Positions 12,801-21,617 are shown, counted from the first letter of the stretch. The stretch is 64,000 nt of DNA from Oopsacas minuta (GCA_024704765.1 JAKMXF010000318.1:304159-368158); one strand, 5' to 3'. Made by a program: numbers and translations. Notes: generated by a model not told the origin, from the letters alone.

Positions 12801-14944
12801 AGTAGGCATAGGTATCCCTTCCTCTACTCCCTTCCCTGTCTTACCCTGTTTTCCTTTAGAGGTAGGAGTTACCTTCCCTACTTTCTTCTTGCTAGGGCTA
12901 AGAGCCCCTGATCCAGGTCTACCCTCTCGTATAGCGTCCTGCTGTCTCCTAAGGACGTCATCCTGTCTCAGCATAAGTAAACTCATCTTTATAGCTCTTG
13001 CTACAGTATCAGCTGTAACTCCTTCCTCAGAATTAGTCTGTGATTTCACTAGATCTGCTAGTGCTTCAGATCCTGGGGGTCTACTACCAACTGGAGAGGC
13101 AGCTCCTTTACCCTTCCCCTTGCTAGCTTGACTCTTACTCAGAGCAGCTGTACTCCCTTCTAGAGCTTTTTTTATGACTTCTTGATAAGACAGGGAGTAG
13201 AACTTTCTTCTCTGTTTGAACTCTCGACTAAGAGAACTTATCTGTTTAGCTAGAGCTGTAACAAATTCCTCAGAACAAGTATCTACCCCTGCTATAACAC
13301 ATATGCATAATCTCCAGCTGTCTGTGTCTAGAGACTCCTGAATCAGCTGTTCATCCCATCTTGGTCCTCCAGTTCCAGACCCCTTCCCTACTTCCTTTCC
13401 TTTCTTAGCTTTAGACATCTAGCTACTAACACGATACAATATTAATAATCATACAATTACTACTACGGTATATTTAATTAGTTTATTATTCGAAACATAC
13501 TATTACAATACACACAGTATGGTTATATCATTCTCCTGAATATGGAGTTCATCTGGGAGGTACAGTTATAACCATAGAGATCTGTAAAGAATGTATCAAC
13601 TGCGTAAAAGTCCATGTGAGGTATGAAGAAATCTCTCATATATTCCATCTTCCATTTCCCCATCTCTGAGTATTTAGCTCCTACGACTGAGCTATCTCTG
13701 TATAGCCTCGGGTTATTCTCCCCGACATAGAAGTTCTCACTCAGCATAGGGTTAGTCTTCTCGAATATAAAGTAGTCTCCTTCCTTCAGGTACTCGTGGA
13801 AATGTTCTATGATAGCATTTAGATTAACGTGTACATCTTCTATCAACATTAGAGGACGTGGTAGAGCTAATAGGAAGGAGCGAGGGAAGAGCTTTTTCAC
13901 ATTTTTTGTATCTCCTTCTAAGAACTTGACTTGGTTAGACACCATTTCGTTAACCTTATCGTCCCTTAAACTGACGTCACAATCCAGTGAGTATATTCCA
14001 CACTCCACCCCAAAATTACGCATTGTATCATCCAGCCATAAAGCAGACCCCCCAGTGTATGTACCTAGCTCTATGATACTCTTAGGTTTAACTTCTTGCA
14101 ATAATTGTGAGTATACACTCAAATCTAGTCCAGTTTTCAACATGGATACTCCCTTGTAGTTAGTGAGACACACCCCTCTAGCCAGAGCCTTTAATTGAGT
14201 GAGTTGGTATTCTGAGATGTCTCTACGTGATCCTATTGGTTCAAATCTCTCTGGCATAGTTATCAGTCTGTTTCTATGCCAAGCCATCTCTTCTGCAGCT
14301 TTACCATAATTGAATACAGTATCGTTCTTATAGGAAGGAATAGTTATAGTCCTTATGTGTATAGAAGTAGCTGGTCTTAACTTTAGGAAGTTACGTAGCA
14401 TTCTGCTAATAAGTATAAACATTAATTCATTTTATTATTTAGACAGCTGGGAATACTGGTTACTACAGGAGAGCACGAGTACACGCGTTATGGGTATAAA
14501 CAGCTGTTAGAGAGTCCTTCAGCCTGTGACGTAATACAACCAGATATTACATGGATGGGTGGGATTACAGAAGCTAAGAGAGTAGTAGCACTAGCTTCTG
14601 CTTTCAACACACCAGTTATCCCTCATGGTAGTTCAGTATACTCCTATCATCTACAGATAGCTTTCCAGAACTGTCCAATGGCTGAGTATATCAATCTGAG
14701 TAAAGATGGGGATCAGATAGTACCCTATTTTGGGGGATTGTTCCTAGACGAGCCTCTCCCGAAGGGAGGACGTATCCTCCTGGATTCTGATAAGGCAGGG
14801 TTCGGAGTTACTCTAAGAAAGGACGGACTGATGAGACCCTTCGTTAGATCTCAGGAAGAAGTGGATTGTCAGTTCAAGAGGAATGCCGAATATTTGGATA
14901 GCTTCTCTTACGATAGAGAAGTTAAGCCTATCTATCCTTTCTAG
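3863..14944 (+). CDS. L-rhamnonate dehydratase-like enzyme (RhmD/LRA3 group, mandelate racemase/enolase superfamily), 3 exons, 448 aa
   Basis: Exons 3863-4543, 4599-4762 and 14443-14944. Intron 1 is 4544-4598 (55 nt, GT-AG, phase 0). Intron 2 is 4763-14442 (9,680 nt, AG|GTAAGA...TTTATTATTTAG|A, phase 2 at both ends). The junction reads ELTSVCR-QLGILVTTGEHEYTRYG. Motifs: YGRKGLP..AISAVDLALWDL, MLDCYM, WIEEALPPDD, TTGEHEY, QPDITWMGG, PHGSSVYSYH. Confidence 0.88.
4834..13418 (-). CDS. SPAG17: Sperm-associated antigen 17 (axonemal central-pair protein, PF6 orthologue), 8 exons, nested in intron 2 of the dehydratase gene
   Basis: Exons 13418-12557, 12499-12251, 12195-11998, 11944-10347, 8924-8730, 8678-6606, 5382-5183 and 5131-4834. 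All junctions are GT-AG and phase-consistent (introns 57, 55, 53, 1422, 51, 1223 and 51 nt). Recognised segments: LRKRGEE...FIEDEPSQGPEAYLLLSG, KEFW, LHKQYLDSL, and C-terminal RYKIKPPPSTGIKIIYTPHPIAAGM...LILPVTATVL. Confidence 0.88.
5673..6521 (+). CDS. MIOX: Myo-inositol oxygenase (nested in a SPAG17 intron and in the dehydratase intron)
   Basis: DESDPD, HAFQTAE, GLIHDMGK, QWALVGDTFPVGC, SWGHDEYLY, IRYHSFYP and DLYSK di-iron motifs; intronless. Confidence 0.95.
   Translation: MEVISVPLSTPSNSEKEFRKMDEDPDSAPELVKETYRKMHTFQTVEFGKKMREKWGKYNYCEMTVMEALDTLNELVDESDPDFVGLPNNYHAFQTAELLRRYNPDLDWLHVVGLIHDMGKVIGLVDPDTEQWALVGDTFPVGCEPQKSVVFQNLGFPENPDTKDPRYNTKLGMYQENCGLDNVMMSWGHDEYLYRVLKNHVNMKLPDEALFIIRYHSFYPLHHRDDYQYLLSDADKDKIKLVKLFQKFDLYSKEKDAIPEVDQLKDYYQKLIDKYVPGKIKF
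9041..10282 (+). CDS. TRAF-like protein (degenerate RING, TRAF-type zinc fingers, coiled coil, MATH-like C-terminus), nested
   Basis: CSRCSGILRDAC..EQVCEDC, repeated CxxxCx(11-12)HxxxxC TRAF fingers, heptad segment (LNSMEEQIKNQNSLIEYL), VLVWEI..WPF MATH-like region; intronless. Confidence 0.82.
   Translation: MAISSADSIPTLCRVQIGEKIGGYRKDLLIENLSERDELFLVCSRCSGILRDACTVSSGEQVCEDCIDEDEQSLPNLQVRNTVIQLKCRCPLSQSGCEWSNEIKHCESHLQTCQFVYVNCQFGCDIVMTRAEEQSHLKETCVLRTVKCEHCGVVCVAGEINEHSGVCEELMVDCDLGCGVRVKREFLGKHLRTECEEGEVTCPYEKYGCDIGEVTRKELRPHLEEKRNTHTELRLNSMEEQIKNQNSLIEYLSTKVAALENHNQILAMKTQDRTNVLVWEIQNMHANLTFQTIIMKAPSSPVLKISRYEMRFGWWVEGDILTVDIFSVLGRDDGELEWPFIANCCIRLICDSDPVNRSLEIKKMIQVKRKSPSILNMPGTRIASVNKAIVLAPGFMRAGVLKIEIRLDGLNTI
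13523..14401 (-). CDS. CmcI / cephalosporin hydroxylase family SAM-dependent methyltransferase (rhamnosyl O-methyltransferase-like), with a mitochondrial-presequence-like N-terminus
   Basis: YKGVSMLKTGLDLSVYSQLLQEVKPKSIIELGTYTGGSALW, VKFLEGD, LMLIEDVH, GDYFIFEKT. ATG 14401 (MLRNFLKLRPATS...) is preferred; the alternative ATG is 14422. Confidence 0.8.
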   Translation of the reverse strand: MLRNFLKLRPATSIHIRTITIPSYKNDTVFNYGKAAEEMAWHRNRLITMPERFEPIGSRRDISEYQLTQLKALARGVCLTNYKGVSMLKTGLDLSVYSQLLQEVKPKSIIELGTYTGGSALWLDDTMRNFGVECGIYSLDCDVSLRDDKVNEMVSNQVKFLEGDTKNVKKLFPRSFLLALPRPLMLIEDVHVNLNAIIEHFHEYLKEGDYFIFEKTNPMLSENFYVGENNPRLYRDSSVVGAKYSEMGKWKMEYMRDFFIPHMDFYAVDTFFTDLYGYNCTSQMNSIFRRMI

Positions 14945-14992
14945 ATTTATCTTACAAATAACTTTCCTATTCGCTTATTACTTAATATAATA

Positions 14993-15727
14993 TCATTTTT
15001 TGTTATAAACCATTACATTCTCTGCAGTACTCTTCCTTACTCTACTCTCTCTTTTCATCCTGTTCTCCATCTCTCTGTCAGCTGATAATTCATCTATAAC
15101 TACACCAGCAGCACATCCTGAAGCAGGACACTGTGCTCCTCCTTTCTTAGCTCTTATATGTGCTAGAATTGCTTGTCGTGAATACACGTGTCCACAGCGT
15201 GTGTTCTTCATAGGACTCCTTAGTTGTTGCTGTGTTAATGGACATATAGTGGATACCTGTACCTGTGAGAGTAGTAGGTCTCCTTCTAGTCTCTCCGGGG
15301 CTCCCCCTTGCTCCCCTAGAAGGTGCTGTCTGAATGAGTGTATGTATTTGTGGTTAGTTAGGTCAAGATCTGTACTGTTTACTTCATCAAATTTGTTTTG
15401 ATACATACGGGCTAGATCTACACTCTTAGATGTAGACTCAGTATTTGGTATAGACTCTATTACGAATGATAGTGCTTCTTTCATTAGAATAATCTCTGAA
15501 TCTACAGTAGCTAGAGATTCTGTTGTAGAGCTTAGCTGTTCTAGATGGGATTTCCTCCTTCTGGAGTGCTTAACCTCTCCTGCTAGCTCCAGACACAGCT
15601 CAGCCCCCGCATCTATCGTATCCTGTAGATTCGTGAGTGTAGTGTCCAGAGTAGTTAAGCTATCAAGTTGAACCTTGGACCCTGATCCATATGAATTCGT
15701 ATTTAACGGACCAATACTCGTATTCAT
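14993..15727 (-). CDS. NSMCE2: E3 SUMO ligase NSE2/Mms21 (SMC5/6 complex)
   Basis: C-terminal SP-RING CPLTQQQLRSPMKNTRCGHVYSRQAI...CPASGC after a coiled-coil N-terminus. Start placed at ATG 15727; the track ORF begins at 15790. Confidence 0.85.
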   Translation of the reverse strand: MNTSIGPLNTNSYGSGSKVQLDSLTTLDTTLTNLQDTIDAGAELCLELAGEVKHSRRRKSHLEQLSSTTESLATVDSEIILMKEALSFVIESIPNTESTSKSVDLARMYQNKFDEVNSTDLDLTNHKYIHSFRQHLLGEQGGAPERLEGDLLLSQVQVSTICPLTQQQLRSPMKNTRCGHVYSRQAILAHIRAKKGGAQCPASGCAAGVVIDELSADREMENRMKRESRVRKSTAENVMVYNKK

Positions 15728-16022
15728 AGCTGATTCTATATGACATAGAATTACTGTATTAGTAAAGTAATTATACCTCAGATAACACATGTCATCAACT
15801 GTCAGAAGACCGTCGTGTTTACTATCATCATAGGCAACTAGTCCTTACCTAACCAGACTAGTTATATTATTATAACTGTCCCCATATGATGGTTATCTTA
15901 TAAATATAAGCTAAAGTCACAAATAAAACTATTCACTCAAATGCATAAAAGCTGGTGTTAAACTAGTATAGCTAATCCTACAGTAAAATAATGTTCAAAA
16001 GCTTATATACAGCTGTTGCAGA

Positions 16023-18350
16023 TCACACTTTCTTAGCGAAGCTACGAGTAGTATTATTGCACTTTGCCTTAGCCTTAGCAACCAAACACTTGAATTTAGA
16101 GGGGTATATCGCGAAGTATACCACCATATAAACCATAGGTATTAACATCATTAGCAGCAGGACACCTACAATAGTTCCTACTATTACAGGAGCCTCCAGC
16201 AGATATACAGCATATACACCATCTCTATTAGCTGATACAGTAGCTGTCGTTCCATCGAAATTACCATCTATCTGTCTGAATACGAATCCAGTACCACTGT
16301 TAGCGATATATATAGCAGCTGTACTTGATGACGATGCTCTGTTGAGAGTTAAGTCTAGACTAATGTTCATATCATCATTACCAGATCCATCACTAATACC
16401 AGATAACTCTACGAATGAACTGATACTCAGAGAGCTGGGAGTAGACAGCATTTCATTAGCTAGATCATCTGGCCATATTGTCAGGGATATCTGTCTAGAG
16501 TCATCGAATACGTCACTAGCTACATTCAATTGAGCATCATTTACCTGTATAGTTCCCCCCAGAATTCCCAGTACAGAGGTTATGATATACTGAGCTGATA
16601 TTAGTAGAGTACCCTTCTGACTCCTGTTACTGAAGTTGTTATTACGAGTACACATGTAGTTATATATACCAGGATCTGTTACCTTACGAATACCCAGATC
16701 GTAGTAAGTACCCGCGTCATCTAACTCACTCATCTCTCCTCTCAGCTGATTGTTCATTAGGGTAGCTAGATTATCAGCTGTTACCGTTGATGCGTTAAGC
16801 ATCTGGGACGTTTGAATGGACTGGGGGTAGCTGCTGGATAACACGCCATAAATCTCACCAAACCCAACCGGAGCAGATGACTTGGCCAAGTTTTCATTTT
16901 GTCCTAATCCAAGTAATACCATATTACTCCTGTCTGTTCCTCTTAAGCCTTGTCCGTCATTATTCCCAGGATTTGTGTTAGACCCTGTCCACTGGATGTG
17001 CACACAGCTCCCCACAGCCATGAATAGACGATTAGGAACAAAATCGTACTCAACCCCTGGATAAACCTGTACAATGTTACCCCTCTTCCCACGGACGTTA
17101 AGATTATAGATGTTACCATCCAGACAATCGATGTCTTCTGGAGGAGCTCTGACACTGAAGACATGACTCCTGTCTTGAAATGTACGACCGAATTGAGCTG
17201 TGTTGATAGCTAATCGTAGCTTAAAATCATTGCTGCCTGATTCCTCAGTGAATTCATCAAATATCTCTACTTCTGGATTATTCTCAAACACATATCCTCT
17301 CTCTTCTGCTTGCTCTGACGTCAGATCGAATCGGGACCATACATCTAGACCTAATGGATTCCTTCTAGTGTTGTTACCAGCATTTACACCATCCCAGTCC
17401 TCATAGTCACCAGTACTGATGTTATAACGAATACGGAGTACACAATGCTCGTCTAATAGGGTGGGGGGTATAGTCCAGTTATAGTAGTTAGGATAACCGG
17501 GGTAGATGCGTCCGTTTCCTAGATGGTTGTCACGAGACCAGAGAGCTTCTATACAGTCTGGAGCAGTATTAGTCAAGGGGATAGCTTCAACCCACCTACC
17601 GACAACTCCCTCTTCAAGCTCTTGCTCACACTCTTCTTGGGTTATAGGAATTAGACCGCTATCTCTCAGATGATCTCTAATGTACTCAGAGCTAACGGAG
17701 CAATAATACAACGGATTCACATTGAAAGAATTGTTTTTATAATAGTCACACATTTCAGGACGTGACGTCATAATTACGATATCTATCCATGGTGCTGGGG
17801 ACCAGTAAGGATAGTAGTCACGCTCCTCAGCACATTCATAACCATACCGTTGTCCGTTATTGTTCTGACGTGTACGTGTAGCTGTATTACTCACACGCTG
17901 ATCAGCTGTGAATAATCCCTGGTTCCTCTGTCTCAGTCTACAGAGGGTGTAGTAATCAAAATTCTCATTCATACCGTATGTCAGATCTCTGTTGCAATTG
18001 TCATTTATGCACTCAAGAGGATAGTCAGGTATTGTCCTAGTGGTAGCTCCATCCCTTACGTTATCACCACACGTATACTGTAGTACTATATTGCAATGGT
18101 TGTTAGGATCGTTACAACTATGCTGATTGGTCCATTCGACGGATAGAGTGGATCCAACGTAGTAGTACATCCCTCCTACATTATAACCACCCCTATCATT
18201 ATTCTGGGAGTCGAAGAGGCGACGAGCGTTGTTCCTATTTCGGCTATTTTCGTCTAAGCGGTTGTTACTACCTCTGGGGTTATGCAGGTATATGTCACTC
18301 ATACAAACCTGTAGAGCTATTGACAGACAAATGACAGATAGCAGTCTCAT
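16023..18350 (-). CDS. Protein DD3-3-like, secreted/type I membrane protein
   Basis: Signal peptide, then DIYLHNPRGSNNRLDE..RLFDSQNNDRGGYNVG, VEWTNQHSC, GYECAEERDYYPYW, FGRTFQDRSH, NLNVRGKRGNIVQVYPGVEYDF, CTRNNNFSNRSQKG; C-terminal TM helix. Confidence 0.88.
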   Translation of the reverse strand: MRLLSVICLSIALQVCMSDIYLHNPRGSNNRLDENSRNRNNARRLFDSQNNDRGGYNVGGMYYYVGSTLSVEWTNQHSCNDPNNHCNIVLQYTCGDNVRDGATTRTIPDYPLECINDNCNRDLTYGMNENFDYYTLCRLRQRNQGLFTADQRVSNTATRTRQNNNGQRYGYECAEERDYYPYWSPAPWIDIVIMTSRPEMCDYYKNNSFNVNPLYYCSVSSEYIRDHLRDSGLIPITQEECEQELEEGVVGRWVEAIPLTNTAPDCIEALWSRDNHLGNGRIYPGYPNYYNWTIPPTLLDEHCVLRIRYNISTGDYEDWDGVNAGNNTRRNPLGLDVWSRFDLTSEQAEERGYVFENNPEVEIFDEFTEESGSNDFKLRLAINTAQFGRTFQDRSHVFSVRAPPEDIDCLDGNIYNLNVRGKRGNIVQVYPGVEYDFVPNRLFMAVGSCVHIQWTGSNTNPGNNDGQGLRGTDRSNMVLLGLGQNENLAKSSAPVGFGEIYGVLSSSYPQSIQTSQMLNASTVTADNLATLMNNQLRGEMSELDDAGTYYDLGIRKVTDPGIYNYMCTRNNNFSNRSQKGTLLISAQYIITSVLGILGGTIQVNDAQLNVASDVFDDSRQISLTIWPDDLANEMLSTPSSLSISSFVELSGISDGSGNDDMNISLDLTLNRASSSSTAAIYIANSGTGFVFRQIDGNFDGTTATVSANRDGVYAVYLLEAPVIVGTIVGVLLLMMLIPMVYMVVYFAIYPSKFKCLVAKAKAKCNNTTRSFAKKV

Positions 18351-18697
18351 AGCTAATAAACAAACAAATAAAGTATTAAATCACTGCACTATGAGTTATG
18401 ATGTACGACTATAAGATTCATCTTAAATACTCGAGCATGTCTATTGTGAGATATAGAATTACATTCACCTTTTAAGTGCATGTTAAGTTATAATTCAAGA
18501 AACTATCATTAATTCCAGAAATATATCTATATCATTGTACCTCTAGAAAATTGAGATGTACGTAGAGAGCCACGTGTCTCGTATTTCATCATAGCTATGT
18601 ATGGATTAACTGTACGATGGAAGGATAAACTTGAGTAAATAAATAACAACTATATTCAGATGTAACAGCTAACTTAAGTGTGTGTATCAGCTGTCTG

Positions 18698-19474
18698 TTA
18701 CTTTAGAGGAGAGAATGAAGCAGCTGATAGGATAGCAGTATCCATGGTTATAATAAGAGGCACCGTGTTTATAACACAGTCATCCCATCCAGGAGTATTC
18801 CATGCTAGTTGTCGTGTCTCTCTCCTCTGCACCAGGTCTGGATAAGTCCAGAGGTGATAGACAATGTGTAGTTGTCCGATCTGAGCGAACCATCCATGCA
18901 CCGCCTCATTATTTGACCCTCTGTAGTAGATACCCTGTCTCCAGGCTTGCCCCCACTCAATCAGGGACCCAGATTTTAGGTTATAAGTTCTCATCTCGAA
19001 TATCCACCCGCGATTTGTTGGGACTATTTCCGGCCAGAATGTGAACTCATATAGAAGACTGCTCTTACGTCTGTTCACCAACTTACCACTCTCTCTAGAG
19101 AACATCTGCCATTCTTTATCCCTGCTAAGAGCATCAAGGCAATTAGTCTTACCTTTATAACCGTCCTCATAAGCCAGGACGTGAGTAGCTTGGTCCAGGT
19201 TCTTACCTACCAGGGTACCCCAGCTACCGACTAGTGAAACAGGAAGATTTTTATCAGCTGATATTCTAGTTAGTTCCTTCTCTACCAGAGGCCAGTAAGA
19301 TGACTCACATTCAGGCTTTACGTCATGAATAATAAGTTCAAATAACTTGCTGTTCTCTGCTAGAACCTTTGAGTGTGATCTACCATAATATGGTAGTGTA
19401 GTCTTTGATCTGACAGATCGTGTGTAAGAACCTTTCGCTCTAAGACAGGTTATAGCTAGTCTCAGAGCAGACAT
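18698..19474 (-). CDS. NIPSNAP1: NipSnap homolog (NIPSNAP1/2-like), mitochondrial
   Basis: LVGSWGTLVG, IFEMRTYNLKSGSLIEWGQAW, WFAQIGQLHIVYHLWTYPDL..RRETRQLAWNTPGWDDCVINTVPLI, FSPLK. Confidence 0.9.
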   Translation of the reverse strand: MSALRLAITCLRAKGSYTRSVRSKTTLPYYGRSHSKVLAENSKLFELIIHDVKPECESSYWPLVEKELTRISADKNLPVSLVGSWGTLVGKNLDQATHVLAYEDGYKGKTNCLDALSRDKEWQMFSRESGKLVNRRKSSLLYEFTFWPEIVPTNRGWIFEMRTYNLKSGSLIEWGQAWRQGIYYRGSNNEAVHGWFAQIGQLHIVYHLWTYPDLVQRRETRQLAWNTPGWDDCVINTVPLIITMDTAILSAASFSPLK

Positions 19475-19556
19475 CTCTGCTCATAATACACACATTATTC
19501 ACAACATTATAATTAAAGTAATAGTGTATATGCGTTTAATATGTACGGATAGAAAT

Positions 19557-20462
19557 CTATACTTTAATTTTGAGTCTTCTCATTCTAACACGTTTGGGTT
19601 TGGCATAGTTAGCCATTTTCTTTATTTCATCTTTAGAGAGAGTACTGATTTCCTTCTTGAACCAATCGATATGCTCCTTCTTCTCCTCTGGGGTGAGGTA
19701 GGCGTTCTGGGATAGCCCCGTAATAACCAATTCCATAAAGTTACGGATCTCCCCCGTTTTAGGAAAGTCCTTATAGAAATGATCTAATATGACATGATCC
19801 TTAAAACTGACACCCTTCTCTGTAGGTTGTCCATCCTCATTATTCACGGGATAATTCATATCGTAAGACTCCTCTTTCATATCTTTGAATGGATTAGAAT
19901 ACAGTAAACTGTTTAAGAACTTTGTTGATTCTTGGAGATCTCTCTCAAATGGCGATTCCTTTTGGACTGATAGAGTTATGGCATTGGTGGGTTTTATAAA
20001 AAGTTGTGATCTATCCTTATAGGAGAAGAGAGGGGTAAGATCTCTCTTGAAGGGACTGTAGGTATCTGTTTTCTCTCCCTTTCTGATCCTCTCTAAATTA
20101 TCCAAAGCTATAAATTTGGTCCCTTTCATGGGAGAATTATCCAATTGTTTGTTAAGAGTGTTAGTTTCCAAAAAAGAATCATTTGCATTCTTTTTCCGTC
20201 GTTCCCTTGTGTTCTTAGATCTCTGGTTTGGAATTGGTGCAACTATGTCAGAGTGTTTATCTACAAACATTGGTAAATCTGTTTCTGATAGCTTCCTCCC
20301 TTCTCTAGCAAATCTCAAGAAAGCTTTATCCCGAGGAGATATCTTGCCTCTCGTAGGATTTCTATTCTTGTCTTGATGAGTTATTTTAGAGTTAGCTCTT
20401 ATTTGGGAGCTGATGACGATTGGTAGTAATTTAGGGATGTATATTAGACGTATCGATAACAT
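19557..20462 (-). CDS. MRPS31: Mitochondrial small ribosomal subunit protein mS31
   Basis: C-terminal SFKDHVILDHFYKDFPKTGEIRNFMELVITGLSQNAYLTPEEKKEHIDWF matches the MRP-S31 signature; basic presequence-like N-terminus. Confidence 0.85.
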   Translation of the reverse strand: MLSIRLIYIPKLLPIVISSQIRANSKITHQDKNRNPTRGKISPRDKAFLRFAREGRKLSETDLPMFVDKHSDIVAPIPNQRSKNTRERRKKNANDSFLETNTLNKQLDNSPMKGTKFIALDNLERIRKGEKTDTYSPFKRDLTPLFSYKDRSQLFIKPTNAITLSVQKESPFERDLQESTKFLNSLLYSNPFKDMKEESYDMNYPVNNEDGQPTEKGVSFKDHVILDHFYKDFPKTGEIRNFMELVITGLSQNAYLTPEEKKEHIDWFKKEISTLSKDEIKKMANYAKPKRVRMRRLKIKV

Positions 20463-21143
20463 AATAACTGAAGAATAGACTATTTGCTACGCTAAAGAAT
20501 CGAAATTGTTATTGATGTAACAATAAAAGTTACACACTTTTGTGGTTATTCCAGGATTTCCTGCAGATTAATGAAGAGTACCAAAAAGTATGTGTGTTCT
20601 AATTTTAAAGAAGTTAATTAGAATGTCTTAGAAATCACTGAAGGGAGAAGTATAAATATTGTGCCTTTATTGTATAATGTACTATCTGATGGAAATACTA
20701 CTAATTAGTTTACGTAGAACATTTTGAAGATAAAATAAGTATCAAACAGGAATAATTTATGGAAATTACAATGGGAAATAACCACTGTTTTGTTACTTTC
20801 AGTTCAATATAATACAATACTAGCGAGATAAGCTTGCTAGGTCACTGCGCGACAGGCGGAAGTATCCTTAAGCTTTGTCCCTTGTTTTAGCATAAGTATG
20901 AAACAGCTACATTTGTCAGTTCTTTTGGGAAAGATTGGCAGACAAATATTCAAGTACTTGCTATTACAGAACGATTTCCAAAGTCAAACACTTTTGGCTA
21001 AATTTCCAAATATACCTCAGGCTGATGCGTAATATAAATTGAAATTTAATATAATTAAGATTTATTAAACAAAGTGATAAGCAGTACAGAGCATAGCATA
21101 GGATAAACCAAAGGATAAACTAATATTGCAATTATTATTATTA

Positions 21144-21617
21144 TTAAAGCTTTGATTGATAAAATGCTATCTCTCTTTTAAGAGCCGCCTGCTCCTTAAT
21201 TAATCGCAGTTTTTCTTCCGTCATATCATCAATAATATAACTCATAGATTCATTTATATTAGTCTGTTTTCTTCTGAAGTTCTGTGTGTATAATCGTCTC
21301 CTCTCTCGAGTTTGTAACCTAATAAGTACGGCTAATTCCTCTTGGCGAAGACTCATGCAAATTGCAGCATTCTTGATAGAAGATTTCCTGAATTTGCATA
21401 ACAAACTTCTATCAATAGTATCATCTGTGAATTGTGTATTACTGGGTAGCCCAGGAAGTAAGAACGCACTTCTGCCTCTACAGATTAGATCAGTCTCTTC
21501 ACTGTAGTAGGAATGATCAGTAAGCAGGTCTAGCTGAGATATCGAACGAGTGTAGTTAGGGGAAAAACTATCATATTCACTAGAAGGAAAAGATGTATCG
21601 ACATTGTTGCAGGCCAT
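21144..21617 (-). CDS. Divergent Maf-like bZIP protein
   Basis: LRQEELAVLIRLQTRERRRLYTQNFRRK aligns without gaps to the Maf basic region (Tyr and invariant Arg kept), followed by a zipper ending LKREIAFYQSKL. Confidence 0.6.
   Translation of the reverse strand: MACNNVDTSFPSSEYDSFSPNYTRSISQLDLLTDHSYYSEETDLICRGRSAFLLPGLPSNTQFTDDTIDRSLLCKFRKSSIKNAAICMSLRQEELAVLIRLQTRERRRLYTQNFRRKQTNINESMSYIIDDMTEEKLRLIKEQAALKREIAFYQSKL

Noticed and set aside
4834-13418. Six separate minus-strand ORFs as independent genes
   Set aside because: They join in frame through GT-AG introns into SPAG17.
3863-14944. Treating ORFs 3863-4552, 4581-4766 and 14555-14944 as a pseudogene, separate genes, or bacterial contamination
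   Set aside because: Canonical, phase-matched splice sites give one full-length 448-aa enzyme with all motifs, interleaved with clearly eukaryotic genes.
3863-14944. Naming the dehydratase ENOSF1
   Set aside because: Motifs match the RhmD/LRA3 branch, not the L-fuconate dehydratase/ENOSF1 N-terminus.
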